From assembly GCF_006345805.1 (NCBI RefSeq), contig NC_043005.1:61194001-61258000 (forward strand): DNA of 64,000 bases. Reading direction: 5' to 3'. The notes beneath the pieces are model-generated. The model had not been told where the DNA came from. It did not search any database and was given only the letters and a program-made list of their open reading frames with translations. The number at the start of each line of letters is the position of its first letter. The stretch's first letter is position 1. Origin of the DNA: Octopus sinensis (Eukaryota). Made by a program: the position numbers and the translations under genes. Positions 28,713 to 41,589 of this stretch are shown one piece after another.

Positions 28713-29008
28713 CACCACTCATATATATATATACTCTTTTACTTTTTCTTGTTTCAGTCATTTGACTGCGGCCATGCTGGAGCACCGGCTTTAATCGAGC
28801 AACTCGACCCCGGGACTTATTCCTTTGTAAGCCCAGTACGTATTCTATCGGTCTATTTTGCCGAACCGATAAGTAACGGGGACATAAACACATCAGCATC
28901 GGTTGTCAAGCAATGCTAGGGGAACAGTCACAGACACACAAACACACACACGCATATATATATATATTATATATATATATATATATACGTGTGTATAATA
29001 TATATATG

Positions 29009-29071
<63 letters not shown>

Positions 29072-29801
29072 TATATTTATACACACGTATATATATATAT
29101 ATACATATATATTATATATATATACATATACATATATACGACGGGCTTCTTTCAGTATCCGTCTACCAAATCCACTCTCAAGGCTTTGGTCGGTCCGAGT
29201 CTATAGTAGAAGACATTTGCTCAAGGCGCCACGCAGTTGGACTGCTTTAGTTTACTCAAAACTTTCATGTTTTGTTTTTCGTGTCTCTTGAGCCACGCTT
29301 TGCGCTGAAGTACTCTTACCAGGTATCACTATGAAATTTCGAAGATACTTAAATGGAAGTCTTACCGTACTGCTTTTTTTTCTTCTTTTTTTTGCGAGAA
29401 TCGGAAAAGAAATATTTCAATACCTCATTTGTGAAATTTAGATCAATAATCTTGCCTAATTTTATCAGATGCTGCACGAATTTACATATTTATTGTTTAA
29501 TATCACATTATTGGAACAGTAACTTCACTACTTACATCAACGGTTCAAAAAGAAAATGTCGGCGACATAGCGAAAGGACATTCGTTCGAAGAAGATCAGT
29601 TTTTCTCCGACATTTACGTCTACCTTCGCCGATTTACACATATATGAGTGTGTATTACTATTGTTTGATTCTAAGTATAGCTATATAAAATTATTAATTA
29701 TAAAATTGGAGGATCAGTCTGTACTGATTAAATTGTAGGGTCAGTCTGTACCTTTCTATATACTAACGAGGAAAATGTCAACAGTTTCTTCTTGGCAACA
29801 T

Positions 29802-29854
<53 letters not shown>

Positions 29855-30110
29855 TCATATATATATATACTCTTTTACTTTTTCTTGTTTCAGTCATTTG
29901 ACTGCGGCCATGCTGGAGCACCGGCTTTAATCGAGCAACTCGACCCCGGGACTTATTCCTTTGTAAGCCCAGTACGTATTCTATCGGTCTATTTTGCCGA
30001 ACCGATAAGTAACGGGGACATAAACACATCAGCATCGGTTGTCAAGCAATGCTAGGGGAACAGTCACAGACACACAAACACACACACGCATATATATATA
30101 TATACGTGTG

Positions 30111-30191
<81 letters not shown>

Positions 30192-30367
30192 TATATTTAT
30201 ACACACGTATATATATATATATACATATATATATTATATATATATACATATATACATATATACGACGGGCTTCTTCAGTATCCGTCTACCAAATCCACTC
30301 TCAAGGCTTTGGTCGGTCCGAGTCTATAGTAGAAGACATTTGCTCAAGGCGCCACGCAGTTGGACTG
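28103..30367 (+). repeat. Head-to-tail tandem duplication (1140 bp + 1123 bp units)
   Basis: 28103-29242 and 29243-30365 are near identical except for TA-tract lengths; identical ORF translations at 28213 and 29353. Confidence 0.95.
28735..29244 (-). mobile_element. SINE family B, head cut off by duplication breakpoint
   Basis: Family B sequence stops at ACGCAGTTGGACTG where unit 2 begins. Confidence 0.9.
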
Positions 30368-30423
30368 AACCCGGAACCATGTGGTTGGTAAACAAGGTAC
30401 TTACCACACAGCCACTCCTGCGC
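29872..30423 (-). mobile_element. SINE family B, full length
   Basis: Continues through GAACCCGGAACCATGTGG..CACAGCCACTCCTG. Confidence 0.9.
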
Positions 30424-30493
30424 CTATTATATATATATATTATATATATATATATCTATATATATATATATATATATTAATATATATATATAT

Positions 30494-31518
30494 ATATGTT
30501 AATAAAATAGAATATATGCATATATATAACATATATGTACGTACCTACCTCTACATGTACATATACACGCATATATGTGTACAGGACACCAAAAAGACGT
30601 CGAACACATAGAGAGACGAACACATAGACACAAACCAAGGAACAAGACAAGCAAAAAAAGGGAGAGATACAGGACAATAAGCACAACGAAAAATCCCCTT
30701 CTTCAGTCGCTAAGATTTCATCTACTAAACGTTTCGAAGGATAAAAGCGAGACGTATACTTCGAAGAAAAATTCCTTCCGCGAAAAGCAAATCAATTAAA
30801 ATTCTGAGATCTTTTCGCAGAAGGGTAAAAAAAAAGCAAGACGGTAACGACAGTACAAACATATAAACAGTAAAAAATATATATATAACAGTGGAAAAAT
30901 AAATATATAACAGTGAGAGACAAGACAAGGAGAACAAGATAAGAAGGGCTGTTAACGCCAGACGAAAAAAGTATTGTAAACGCTGGATTATCGTGGAAGA
31001 CAGAGAGGGAAAATTTGTCAACCAGAAGCTTGCAAGGCGGGCAAGAAAGGACAGGATAGCAGTTACGACGGAAGTATCGTCGCAGATGGATGACGGGAAT
31101 GGGGGAGGAGGAGCAAGAGGAAGAGAGAGAAGAAGGGGAATGGTGCGAGGAGACCATGAAGAATGGTGAAAGGGAGAGAGAGAATGAAGAATGAGAGAGA
31201 GAGGAAGAGACAAGTTAAGTGAGGGAAAAAAAGACGAAAAAGGGAATGGGAGAGAAAGAAAGAAAGATGCAGAGTCGCGTGAGAGTTAATATCAAGGCTA
31301 ACTTGATAAACAGAACAATCTTACTTAGTAGGGTGCGTGCGTTTAATCGTATAATATGTTAATAAAATAGAATATATGCATATATATAAACATATATGTA
31401 CGTACCTACCTCTACATGTACATATACACGCATATAGAGAGACGAAACACATAGACACAAACCAAGGAACAAGACAAGCAAAAAAAAAGGGAGAGATACA
31501 GGACAATAAGCACAACGA
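30494..31518 (-). mobile_element. Terminally redundant repeat with hammerhead-like fragments (possibly Penelope-derived)
   Basis: Direct repeat 30494-30689 / 31354-31518 (second copy lacks about 35 bp); CTGAAGAAGGGG and GAAACGT motifs on the minus strand at 30694-30768. Confidence 0.4.
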
Positions 31519-31661
31519 TATATATATATCTGTATGTGTGTCTGTGTTTGTGTAGATAAATAGTGAGGGATGTACTGCGTACGTATATACTCGCATATAT
31601 ACGTATGCGCTGCATACATACACTTGCACACACACATACACATGCACAAACATACACACAC

Positions 31662-31699
<38 letters not shown>

Positions 31700-32139
31700 A
31701 TACACATACATAATACATACCTACATATATGCATACATACAGTGCATACTCGTGTTTGAAAGCACACATTTCATCCTATAACATGGTATTTTCACGAAGA
31801 GGTGAAATAAGAACTTCATAATTAATTGAAATAATTATAGCTACGACAACGATGTGTATGTGAACACAACTGAAGAGAATGAACGAATCTCAAGTAGATA
31901 TTACGTTACAATTATTACCACCAATTAGGAGCATAATATTCTGTTTCAATACGTAAGCATACAAATCTTAACAACGCATCAATGTATTTGGAGCAGAAAG
32001 TGTCGATAGAGAACGACTCGATACAGGATAAATAGGGATGTTATTTAAATAGATTGAGGCCATACATTATCAATTAAATGGAGATTAGAGATAGGAAATA
32101 TGATAAGGGTAAGAATAATCAGTTCTTTTTGAGATATAC

Positions 32140-32350
32140 TCTTTTACTCTTTTTTTTTGTTTCAGTCATTTGACTGCGGCTATGCTGGAGCACGTCTTTA
32201 GTCGAGAAAATCGACCCCAGGACTTATTCTTTGTAAACCTAGTTCTTATTCTATCGGTCTCTTTTGCCGAACCGCTAAGTTACGGGGACGTAAACACACC
32301 AGCATCGGTTGTCAAGCGATGTTGGGAGAACAAACACAGACACACAAACA

Positions 32351-32432
<82 letters not shown>

Positions 32433-32592
32433 ACGGGCTTCTTTCACTTTCCGTCTACCAAATCCACTCACAAGAGTTTGGTCGGCCTGTGGCTATTGTA
32501 GAAGACACTTGCCCAAGGTGCCATGCAGTGGGACTGAACCCGGAACCATGTGGTTGGTAAGCAAGCTACTTACACACAGCCACTCCTGCGCC
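32140..32592 (-). mobile_element. SINE family B, full length
   Basis: Matches 25012-25517 and 54044-54432. Confidence 0.9.
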
Positions 32593-32824
32593 TGCGATAT
32601 GGTGAAGATAAATTGCATATTTCGGTCTTATTTAACCTTCTCGGCAAAACATCCTGTTGCTTGATATACATTATAAAAGATGAGAAGGAATAAATACGTA
32701 TACAGACTAAATACATATAAACCAGTGGTAATTAACTGAGGAATAATACTTATGACTTGAAGATGTTCACATAACATTGTTGTTTTAATCTACTAATTTA
32801 TTCCACATAATATTTCATGTACTG

Positions 32825-33040
32825 ATAGGCGGCGATCTGGCGGGCTCGCTACTGTACCGAACAAAATCCTTAGCAGCATATCTTTTTTTAACTTTATGTT
32901 CTAAGTTCAAATTCAGCCCAGGTCGCCTTTGATTTTCATACTTTCGGTAAAATAAGCAGCATTTGAGCTCTGTTGTCGATGTAATAGTCTATTCACTCTG
33001 CCAAAATTTCCAGGTTTGTACCAATAGTAGAAAGGGTTGT
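32825..33040 (+). mobile_element. SINE family A, diverged
   Basis: AGGCGGCGATCTGGC..AAGTTCAAATTC..GGTCGCCTTTG..AAAATTTCCAGG..GTAGAAAGG. Confidence 0.7.
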
Positions 33041-33422
33041 TTTATGTACTGAACCATGATTTAATAACCTAAACATAATATTCCATGCAGTCCTAAGTAA
33101 TCTTAATACTGGTGGGTGTATTACTTGAAATCGGATAACATTTTATTTAGAAAGAAAAATGGTATTATTGTGCAACAAATAAATGTATTATCTCTGCTGG
33201 ATTATATTTCCGACGAATATTCATTCGTGTTATCAAGAACAGTTAATTGTGTTTCACTTGAGAAATGTTATTGTTCACATGGTGCATCAAGAAATTTATA
33301 GCATTTGTAACATCTATTTCGCACTCTTCCTACATTCGTTCAATACAGTCTAACGTTTACATACATACAAACATACACACACACTCATACAAACACATAC
33401 ACATAGATACACACACATATTT

Positions 33423-33423
<1 letters not shown>

Positions 33424-33483
<60 letters not shown>

Positions 33484-33506
33484 AGGCTAAAGAGATGGCT
33501 AGATAC

Positions 33507-33602
<96 letters not shown>
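33424..33602. repeat. (GATA)n tetranucleotide microsatellite
   Basis: Directly visible, one interruption. Confidence 0.95.
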
Positions 33603-33879
33603 GCAGGCAATCACACAGATGGACAGGCAGGGATGCAGACAGACGTACAGTCAAACAGAAACATACACACACAGACATGGAAATATACCTTCGTATACAC
33701 TAAACGATTTGGTCCCACTTTATATCTCTTCCTCCATTCAATACATACATTCTGTTTATAACTTACATTCTGTTCAATAACTCGTTGGATTACGTCAGAA
33801 GCAGGTGTGTCATACTCATGTGATATTCTCTATATAGATATACTTATGGATTTGGGATTGAAATTGCCAAAGAAATTGC

Positions 33880-34540
33880 AGAGAATTTCCGAGAGATTTA
33901 AAGAGATTGTTTTATATCTTTGCTCACATTTGGAGGGAGGATGAGAAATATTTCTCTTTACTGAGCAAGATGAAATGTCATATACGCTATTCACTTTATT
34001 TGATGGAAGTTTAGCCAAGTGCAAGCGGCACGTCACGAACTTGTAATCATATCTAATCCCGAAAATTTCTGCTTATGTAATTTGCTTAAAATGTTTTGGA
34101 ATTTTTCCAGTTGAATATATTTAGGTATCACTTCGGTTTATATAACTATCCCATCAATTCTTTTCATTCGATTCCACATATTGATTATGACATTTATTTC
34201 GCTCCATGATTCAAAGAAAAAACTCAACCTGTTAAACGGACGATTGCTAATCATTTTCTATCGAGTCCCTTCTATTTCTGCGTACAGCCATTCTTTATCA
34301 TTTTAAGATATTCTGTTATTTGAATCCATTTGCGAAATCTCCTTATGATATATAGAGTTTATATGGATGCTTCACTTCACTACTTCCTTTGTTTTACTTA
34401 CAATATCTGCCTTTCGTATGCTGACACATTCTCATTTCTTTTTCCCTAGAAACAAAATCTTTCAGTGTAGTGGGTTCTCATGTAAAAGCTTCAATTTCCC
34501 TTTGCCTTAGGAATTTAGCGGTAGTTTCTCTCGTTCCTGC
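33880..34540 (-). mobile_element. Possible highly decayed R2/R4-type LINE pre-RT fragment
   Basis: LSKLHKQKFSGLDMITSS weakly resembles the K-x-PGPD-x-I motif; purine-rich coding-like strand. Confidence 0.25.
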
Positions 34541-34964
34541 TATTTTGTTTTTGTAATGGTCGCGGCTACTATATATATAGATATATTGTTTAATTCAATT
34601 AATAAATGAATGCCAAGGGCTACTTTACGATTCTTCCTAATGTTGTGTATATGTGCGTGTATGTGTGTGCGCGCGCGCGTGTGTGTGTGTGTGTGTGTGC
34701 GTGCGTGTGTGTGCGTATGTGTGCCCGTGTTTGTGAGTGTGTGTGTGAATTTACCTATGTTAAGTAATATAAAAAACATCTGACAATAACGTCAGTGATT
34801 ACTCATTAACCTTAAGTGGAGTATATGCTTATTAACTTTTGCAAAGAAAATTTTGGCAGTGACTTCCAAGTCTTTGCCTATTCGTCTGCATCGGACAGCC
34901 GAATCATCGAAGTCACTGTCAGTTTTCTACAGTAAGATTAATGAGTATATATATATATATATAT

Positions 34965-35033
<69 letters not shown>

Positions 35034-35036
<3 letters not shown>

Positions 35037-35234
35037 AGAGTTTACGAAAAAAAAAAAAAAGACGAAGACAGGTGGTGTACAAAAAAAACAGATGTATTAG
35101 TATAACGCTCAGGAATAGAAAAAGACTTTTACATTTCGAGCCTACGCTCTTCTACAGAAAGGGACACAGAAAAAACAAGGAGAGAAACAAGGAGAGAAAA
35201 AAACGCGTGTAGTGGCTAACGATCTATCATGGCG
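35034..35234 (-). mobile_element. ~200-bp non-autonomous element carrying a hammerhead-like motif, copy 1
   Basis: Same ends (GGGAGAGTTTACG ... GTAGTGGCTAACGATCTATCAT) and body as 61672-61881; embedded in (TA)n on both sides. Confidence 0.85.
35126..35161 (-). ncRNA. Minimal type I hammerhead-like motif (CUGUAGA variant; stem III AUGU)
   Basis: CUUU-CUGUAGAA-GAGC-GUAG-GCUC-GAA-AUGU-A-AAAG; stems I and II pair. Confidence 0.45.
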
Positions 35235-35282
<48 letters not shown>

Positions 35283-35497
35283 ATTGAGAGAGAGTAGTAT
35301 ATGTAAACATATATGTATATCTATCTATTTATCTCTCTCTCTTTCTCTTTCTCTCTCTCTCTCTCTATATATATATGTGTGTATATATATATATGCATAT
35401 ATATGTATTTATGCATTTATGTATGATACGTACGCAACTCAGTGTGAATACGTTTACATATGCATATACATATTTCATACTACATACGTGTGTATAT

Positions 35498-36215
35498 ATA
35501 ATGATTCCTAAATGAACAATGTTTAAATTGATTGGATGAAATATTCTTATTCTTACAGCCATTATTTCCTTATTAAATTATCGAATTCAGTTTGATCAAA
35601 TGTAGTTATAATATGCTACTTTTACTTCTTTTAAACAAACTCTTAAGAACATTTACGACGTCTTTCTGAAGGAATATAATAACATTATTTAACTTGTGTC
35701 TATACTTCTGAGTGCGCTCTTATTAAATATATCTACCAACAATTTTGCATTAATAATCTTCTATATTATTCTCTTGACTATCCAATTTTATTTCTTGGCG
35801 GAAAATATATATTTTCATATTTTGCTGATGTGAAGATCGACAGCATAACATTCACCGAAACTCTGAAAAGCGACGACTTATTCATGAGCGACTAAAAAGA
35901 TGTTTCTAGGCGTAAGAGTGGCTGTGTGGTAAGTAGCTTGCTTACGAACCACATGGTTCCGGGTTCAGAAGTAGTGGAAAACAACATTATTAGTAAATGT
36001 CAGTGTTACCTTACTACTGTTGTTCAAATTTTGGCACATGGCCAGCGGTTTTGGCGGCGAGATAAGTCGATTACATCGTCCCCAGTCCTCAACTGGTACT
36101 CATTTTATCGACTCCGATCAAACTGAATTCGATAATTTAATAAGGAAATAATGGCTGTAAGAATAAGAATATTTCATCCAATCAATTTAAACATTGTTCA
36201 TTTAGGAATCATTAT
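35498..36215. repeat. Perfect 100-bp inverted repeat (35498-35597 / 36116-36215)
   Basis: Base-by-base reverse complement with no mismatch; 518-bp spacer. Confidence 0.95.
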
Positions 36216-36322
36216 TATATAAAATGTACCTCGGCGGAATATGAAATCGGAACATAAATACAGACGAAATGCCGCAAAACATTTTGCCTGGCGTGTTAAC
36301 AATTCTACCAGCTTGCCACCTG
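36045..36322 (-). mobile_element. SINE family A interrupted by the second inverted-repeat arm
   Basis: ..ATCGACTCC | 100-bp insert | ..ACCTCGGCGGAAT..ACCAGCTTGCCACC. Confidence 0.8.
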
Positions 36323-36870
36323 AGATGAGAGTAATATTACAATAGGTAACTGGAGCAGAAGTGTTGCCTTCTTTCGAATGGAACACGCTGAGATGTGGTC
36401 CAGTAGTTTGGGTACACCTCCGGAGAGTAGAGAGTTTAGTAAGTGTAAAGACTTATGTAATTCTTTATATAGATTCTCTTTCTATCACGACATTCTGGTA
36501 ATATCAATCTCCATTTTTTTTTTATTTGGGGGAAAATTCTTCATGATAGTTCCTTAGAACTACTTAGCATTTATATCCTGCCGATTAACTCTTATTTCCC
36601 TAAAATTGGTATATACCAGTGTAAGATTGCTTTGGAATTCTTTGACGACATGTTTTGGTGTACGTTTGACGTTCTGCCACATATTTTCCGCTAAATTTTC
36701 ATAATATTTCTGCTTCATTATATGCTTTTTAATAGCACCCTTTTTTTTAGGAAGGTTTTAACGACTCCACTTTTCAAGTATTGTTGCAATTTTCTGTTTA
36801 TTTTACTTCATCTTATTTTTTCTCCAAGTATTGAGATCGATCATACAAAATTACAATAGACGATTATTGA
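36323..36870 (-). mobile_element. Decayed R4/Dong-like LINE fragment (region before RT)
   Basis: Frameshifted GVP/NYWTT/VFHSKEGNTSAPVTYCNITLIS resembles VPxWLTTGRTxLIPKxGxTxxPxNYRPITCL. Confidence 0.45.
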
Positions 36871-36879
36871 ATCTTTGAC

Positions 36880-37001
36880 ACAAAAGGCAAAATGCTTAGC
36901 GAAATTTTGTCCATCTTCACGTGCCGAGTTCAAATTCCATCAAGGTTGACTTTGCCTTTCATCTATAAAGTAAAGAATGTTTCTTCTTCTTCTTCTTCTT
37001 C

Positions 37002-37046
<45 letters not shown>

Positions 37047-37158
37047 TATTATTATTATTATTATTATTCTACTTTTTCTTCTTCTTCTTCTTCTTCTTCT
37101 TCTTCTTCTTCTTCTTCTTCTTCTTCTTCTGCTTCTTCTTATTCTTCTTCTGCTTCTT

Positions 37159-37189
<31 letters not shown>

Positions 37190-37205
37190 TTATTATTATT
37201 ATTAC
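36880..37205 (+). mobile_element. SINE family A fragment followed by compound (CTT)n/(ATT)n microsatellite
   Basis: AAAATGCTTAGCG..GAGTTCAAATTCC..GACTTTGCCTTTCATC then triplet arrays 36982-37205. Confidence 0.8.
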
Positions 37206-37928
37206 AATACATAATGAAATATTTGAATAATGTTCCTTCCACAAGAGCGGCAGCACAGGGGAGAAAAAGATAAGACCCAGGCCAACAGAGAGTTTGGTTA
37301 CGTTTTAATCTCCTGTTAAGCCACAACATTCATTTTGATAAAATTCATTTAATACAGAACGATATCACATTTTCTCTTATATCCTTTACATAAAAATATT
37401 GAACGTATATGCCTGTATGTGCGCACCAATGTGTTCTTGTGTGTAAGTGTATATATGCGTGAAATGTATGCAGAATATTTCTCTTAAAACTTGTTTTCTG
37501 ATTGTATGAGATACTAAAAATTCTTCGGTTAGAAGATTAATATATTTCTATTATCGAAATAAAGAATTATTCATATTTTCCCATCATTTTTACGTATAAA
37601 ACACGGATAGGAATATTACAGAAATCATTCACAGCTAACATTTTTGGAATTTTCTCTAATATTTTGTTCTTTTCTTCTTTCTTTTTTTTTTTTTTGCCTT
37701 TGTAAAATAAGAAAGTCATAGAAAATATGCATTTCAATTTTCATACAAAATTATTGCTGTAATAAATAAATGCATTAAATGCAGTTTTAGATTTCTCCAA
37801 TCTTAGACTGTTATCAACACAAAGTGGAACTCAGCGATTCAACGAAGTATGACTGCACACACGTACAGATACACACACACATTCATGCATGTCCATACAT
37901 ATGTGTGTGTGTAGTATACGTGTGCATA

Positions 37929-37970
<42 letters not shown>

Positions 37971-38152
37971 ATATATATAAATATTATATGTATACATATA
38001 ATATATATAGATATATATAGATATACATAGATTATGTGTGTAGATATATATAGGTTATGTATATATATACAGAGAGAGAGAGAGAGAGATATGGAGAAAG
38101 AGATAGAGATAAAAATGCATATGTAGTTGTACACGTATACATACATTTATAA

Positions 38153-38192
<40 letters not shown>

Positions 38193-38195
38193 ACT

Positions 38196-38279
<84 letters not shown>

Positions 38280-38290
38280 TTAGCTACGCA

Positions 38291-38302
38291 AGATAGATAG
38301 AT

Positions 38303-38377
<75 letters not shown>

Positions 38378-38400
38378 CAGACAGACACACAGACAGACAG
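38291..38400. repeat. (GATA)n/(GACA)n microsatellite
   Basis: Directly visible; preceded by long TA/GA tracts from about 37930. Confidence 0.9.
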
Positions 38401-38739
38401 TCTGATAAATAGACAGATAATAGAAGGCTATATATGTACGTGTTTAAACTTTTGGCTATATTGCAAGTGTCTGTATGTAGTTACTGGTTTTGGTCTGTGG
38501 TTTTGCGTGCGTATGTTAAATTTATTGGGAACTGCAAAATTCACTACTCATTACTGCGATAATTTATTTTCCTATCCTCGAAAGAAAACGATGATTGGAA
38601 CAAAATATAGCTATAAATAATAACACGTAATCTAATAGTTTCATTGATTTGTGTATTGACAATAAATGGTAGACTTTAAGCGGTGAAGCCTATCTCACAA
38701 GCCAATGATCCAAGTACCAATAATTAGTGTTATTCAGTG

Positions 38740-39845
38740 CTAACCAGTAATTCTTGTTACTCTTGCCTTCGTCGAATCTTTCGTAAATTGTTGTGAACAC
38801 AACACACAGTATCCCGTTCGAAGCTGTGACCTTGAGTTTCCCCAACGTCATACAGAAAATCTCATTTCCCTAGATCTAATAGCAGACTTGCCAACTTCAG
38901 ACCCTCCAGGGTAATATCTGTTCTGTTACTGAACTCCACCATCTTTTCGTTGTTTTTTTCTTTATGCTGCGTATTGTAGCAGCTCTTTATTCTTTTTTTC
39001 TTCTCGCTAACACAAACTTTGGGCGGATGCAATCTGTTGTTATCAGTGGTATTGGCGTTCTGTTCTTCTCGATCCCGTTAGTCTTATGTGATTGTCTGCT
39101 GGATTTCCTCTTGTGTCTTCGTTATTGTTTCCTTTGTGTTGTCATCTCGTTGTAGTTAATGGTGGAAGTGTCACGTCAGTGACGGAACTCTTGTTGTAGT
39201 AGTGTATTTAGTACTGTTCGGGCTCGATGTGCAGTTGGTGCTTCTTGCGTTTTTTCCCGTCTTTATTTGTTTCACTTCTGTCTTTTTTGCTCCCGTCCGA
39301 CTTCATCTTCACAGGTATAACCAGAAGACTTTGTCCCGTATGAGGGCCAGCGTATATTTACTCGTATGTGCACGTTTGAGCGGATGGAAAAGTGTTTACG
39401 ATGGTGAGTGCTGGGTATAGCACTTTGGTAGCGTTGATTTTCTTATAATCATTATCCTCGCCTACTGCAGGTGAAATGGATGTCGATGCTGTTGACGTTA
39501 TTATTTTTACTATTTCCACTTTCTGTTGTGTTTGCATGTGTTGCCATTGCTGCTGTTACTGGTGGATGTGTTGTCATTGCTGTTGTTGCTGTTCCTTCTG
39601 TTGATGATGGTCTAGATGCTGTAATTATACCTTCTCTTTCTCCAGTTGCTACCTTTGCTCACGCTGTTTTGGATATTGTTACACTTTTTTTCTGTTGCGT
39701 GTTGCGTGAGCAGAAAGCAGTGATGTGTCTTCTGCCCTCTACACTCTAACAGTTCCACCTCATTCAGTGGAGAAATGAAGCCTGATTCTTCCCATAGGCT
39801 TCGAGCAACTCGAAGCAATGGGTTGCTGACGATCGACAACTATCA
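38740..39845 (-). pseudogene. Decayed coding-like segment of unknown origin (possible retroelement ORF1)
   Basis: About 1.1 kb with raised GC and strong A/C bias on the minus strand; protein-like pieces (EVELLECRGQK.., Thr/Ala-rich linker, KVLYPALTIVNTFPSAQTC) broken by stops and frameshifts. Confidence 0.35.
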
Positions 39846-39960
39846 CCACAAAAACAAAAGCATCAACAACAACAACAACAATTGTAACAATAATAACAAT
39901 AATTATAACATTAATAATAGTTTAAAAGGATTAACTCTTTACAAAGGTAAATAGACAATA

Positions 39961-41130
39961 CGAAGAGTGCGATGCGATTGCAATAGTCATTTTATTGGTT
40001 GAACGATATCTCGACTGCTAGTCTTCGTCGAGTTCAAAATGAAAAGTGATACATAAAAATTCAAAATAATAAAAATTCAAATTCAAAATATGAAACGAGG
40101 GCAACCAGCGTCCCCACCTTGATGGAATAACGTCATCAGTTTTCAATTTTCAAGTTTACAAATATCAAAAAGAAAGAATGAAAATAGAAAAATTGAAAAG
40201 AAAAGCAAAGCAGGAAGAAGGAGAACAGTTTTGCGTAAATATGTTGAAATTCTCCTGTCATTTTAGTCATTCTTCCAGGGCGTGATGTTAGTAACTCGCA
40301 AACATATTTCTTCTCATGCATTTTCTGAGAATATGCACTTTCAAGTCTTTTTCAAAATTGCAGCCATTTTATGCAAAATGTTCAGCAAGTTCTGTCGAAT
40401 TACAGTTATTGCGATTAACGTCATATCTGTACCCATTAGATCTTTTGTTTAATTGTTCTGTTGTACAACAAACATAAATCAAGTTGTTTTTCGTGCATTC
40501 TGCTTCGTACACCAAATGGAAATCTCTGTACATCCCACCTTGCGAGTAAATCATAACATTTCTGTTATGATTCCTGATGGTATTCACTTGACGCGTATTT
40601 TTATACAATGACCAGAGCTCTCTTGTGGTTGTTTTTCTGGGTACAGCGTGCAGAAACTCCAATGTTAATTTTTGGGGGGCGGGGGAGTCAGAAGTAGAAG
40701 TTGATAGTTCTCATTCCTATTCCGTCTAAAGTGTACAATAGGCGGTTGAGCAAATATTTATTTGAAACGAGGATATTTTTCCGCAACATGCTGGTGACTT
40801 TCATGTAGCAATTTTGAAATGTCAGCGAAATTTCGGTGCCAGTTAATCACTAAAAGAATTTTATCACATACTGCACTTTGTTTGCTAAAATTATACGTAA
40901 AGTTTGACTCTCTTTGCTAATCTTAGCTATGTCATTTGCTATTTCCTTTAATCGTGATTCACTGTAACTGCGTTTGACATAATATTGTACAAAAGTATTT
41001 GCATGTTTCCAGTAATCCCCTATGTCAGTGCAAATCCGTTCTATCCTCAAAATTGGGATTTAAGATTTGACCGAATTATATGATGTGGATGATGGTGGTA
41101 AATATGGAAAGATGTGGTGGCGTATAAATT
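39961..41130 (-). mobile_element. Penelope-like element 3' half: RT thumb/linker, GIY-YIG endonuclease, 3' UTR
   Basis: HHHPHHIIRSNLKSQF / RIERICTD..YYVKRSYSE (PLE thumb), YEAECTKNNLIYVCCTTEQLNKRSNGYRYDV..ELAEHF (GIY-YIG), LLTSRPGRMTKMTGEF (PLE C-terminus). Confidence 0.85.
39999..40037 (-). ncRNA. Minimal type I hammerhead-like motif, UC-core variant (PLE 3' UTR)
   Basis: UUGAAC-UCGACGAA-GACU-AGC-AGUC-GAG-AUAU-C-GUUCAA: 6-bp stem I, 4-bp stem II, palindromic stem III. Confidence 0.5.
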
Positions 41131-41589
41131 TACTTCATGACTATTCTCCCTCCAGAAATCTTAACCTTTATGTCAAAAAATTAAACGCTATCTTTTGAAA
41201 AACTAGACGTAATTTTTATGCTGAACTTAAAGACATAGTTTTTAGCACAACAGTCACAGAAATGCAAGAGGTCAAGTTAACTATTCTGTGATCCTTCCAA
41301 GACAAAAAAGACGCCATCAATGAACTGTAACCAGAGTATTGGTTTAGGAACATGTTGGGATTTGAATTAAAGGAAAGAGCAAATGACAGCAATGATTAGC
41401 AAACGAAGTCGAGCTTCTTGTTTCTTTCTTTTTTCATTCTTTCTCTTTTTTTCTTTTTGCCAGTTGTAAACTTCAAAATAATGAAGATGATGATGATAAA
41501 AATAATAATTACCATAATAATAATTGCTCTGAAGTAGTACCAGGCACTGGTTCTCATCGCTTCTCTTAACTAATTGAAAGTGTTATTAC

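Noticed and set aside
35498-36215. MITE/foldback transposon with 100-bp TIRs
   Set aside because: A SINE straddles the second arm (one half inside, one half outside), which does not fit a TIR element insertion; templated insertion fits better.
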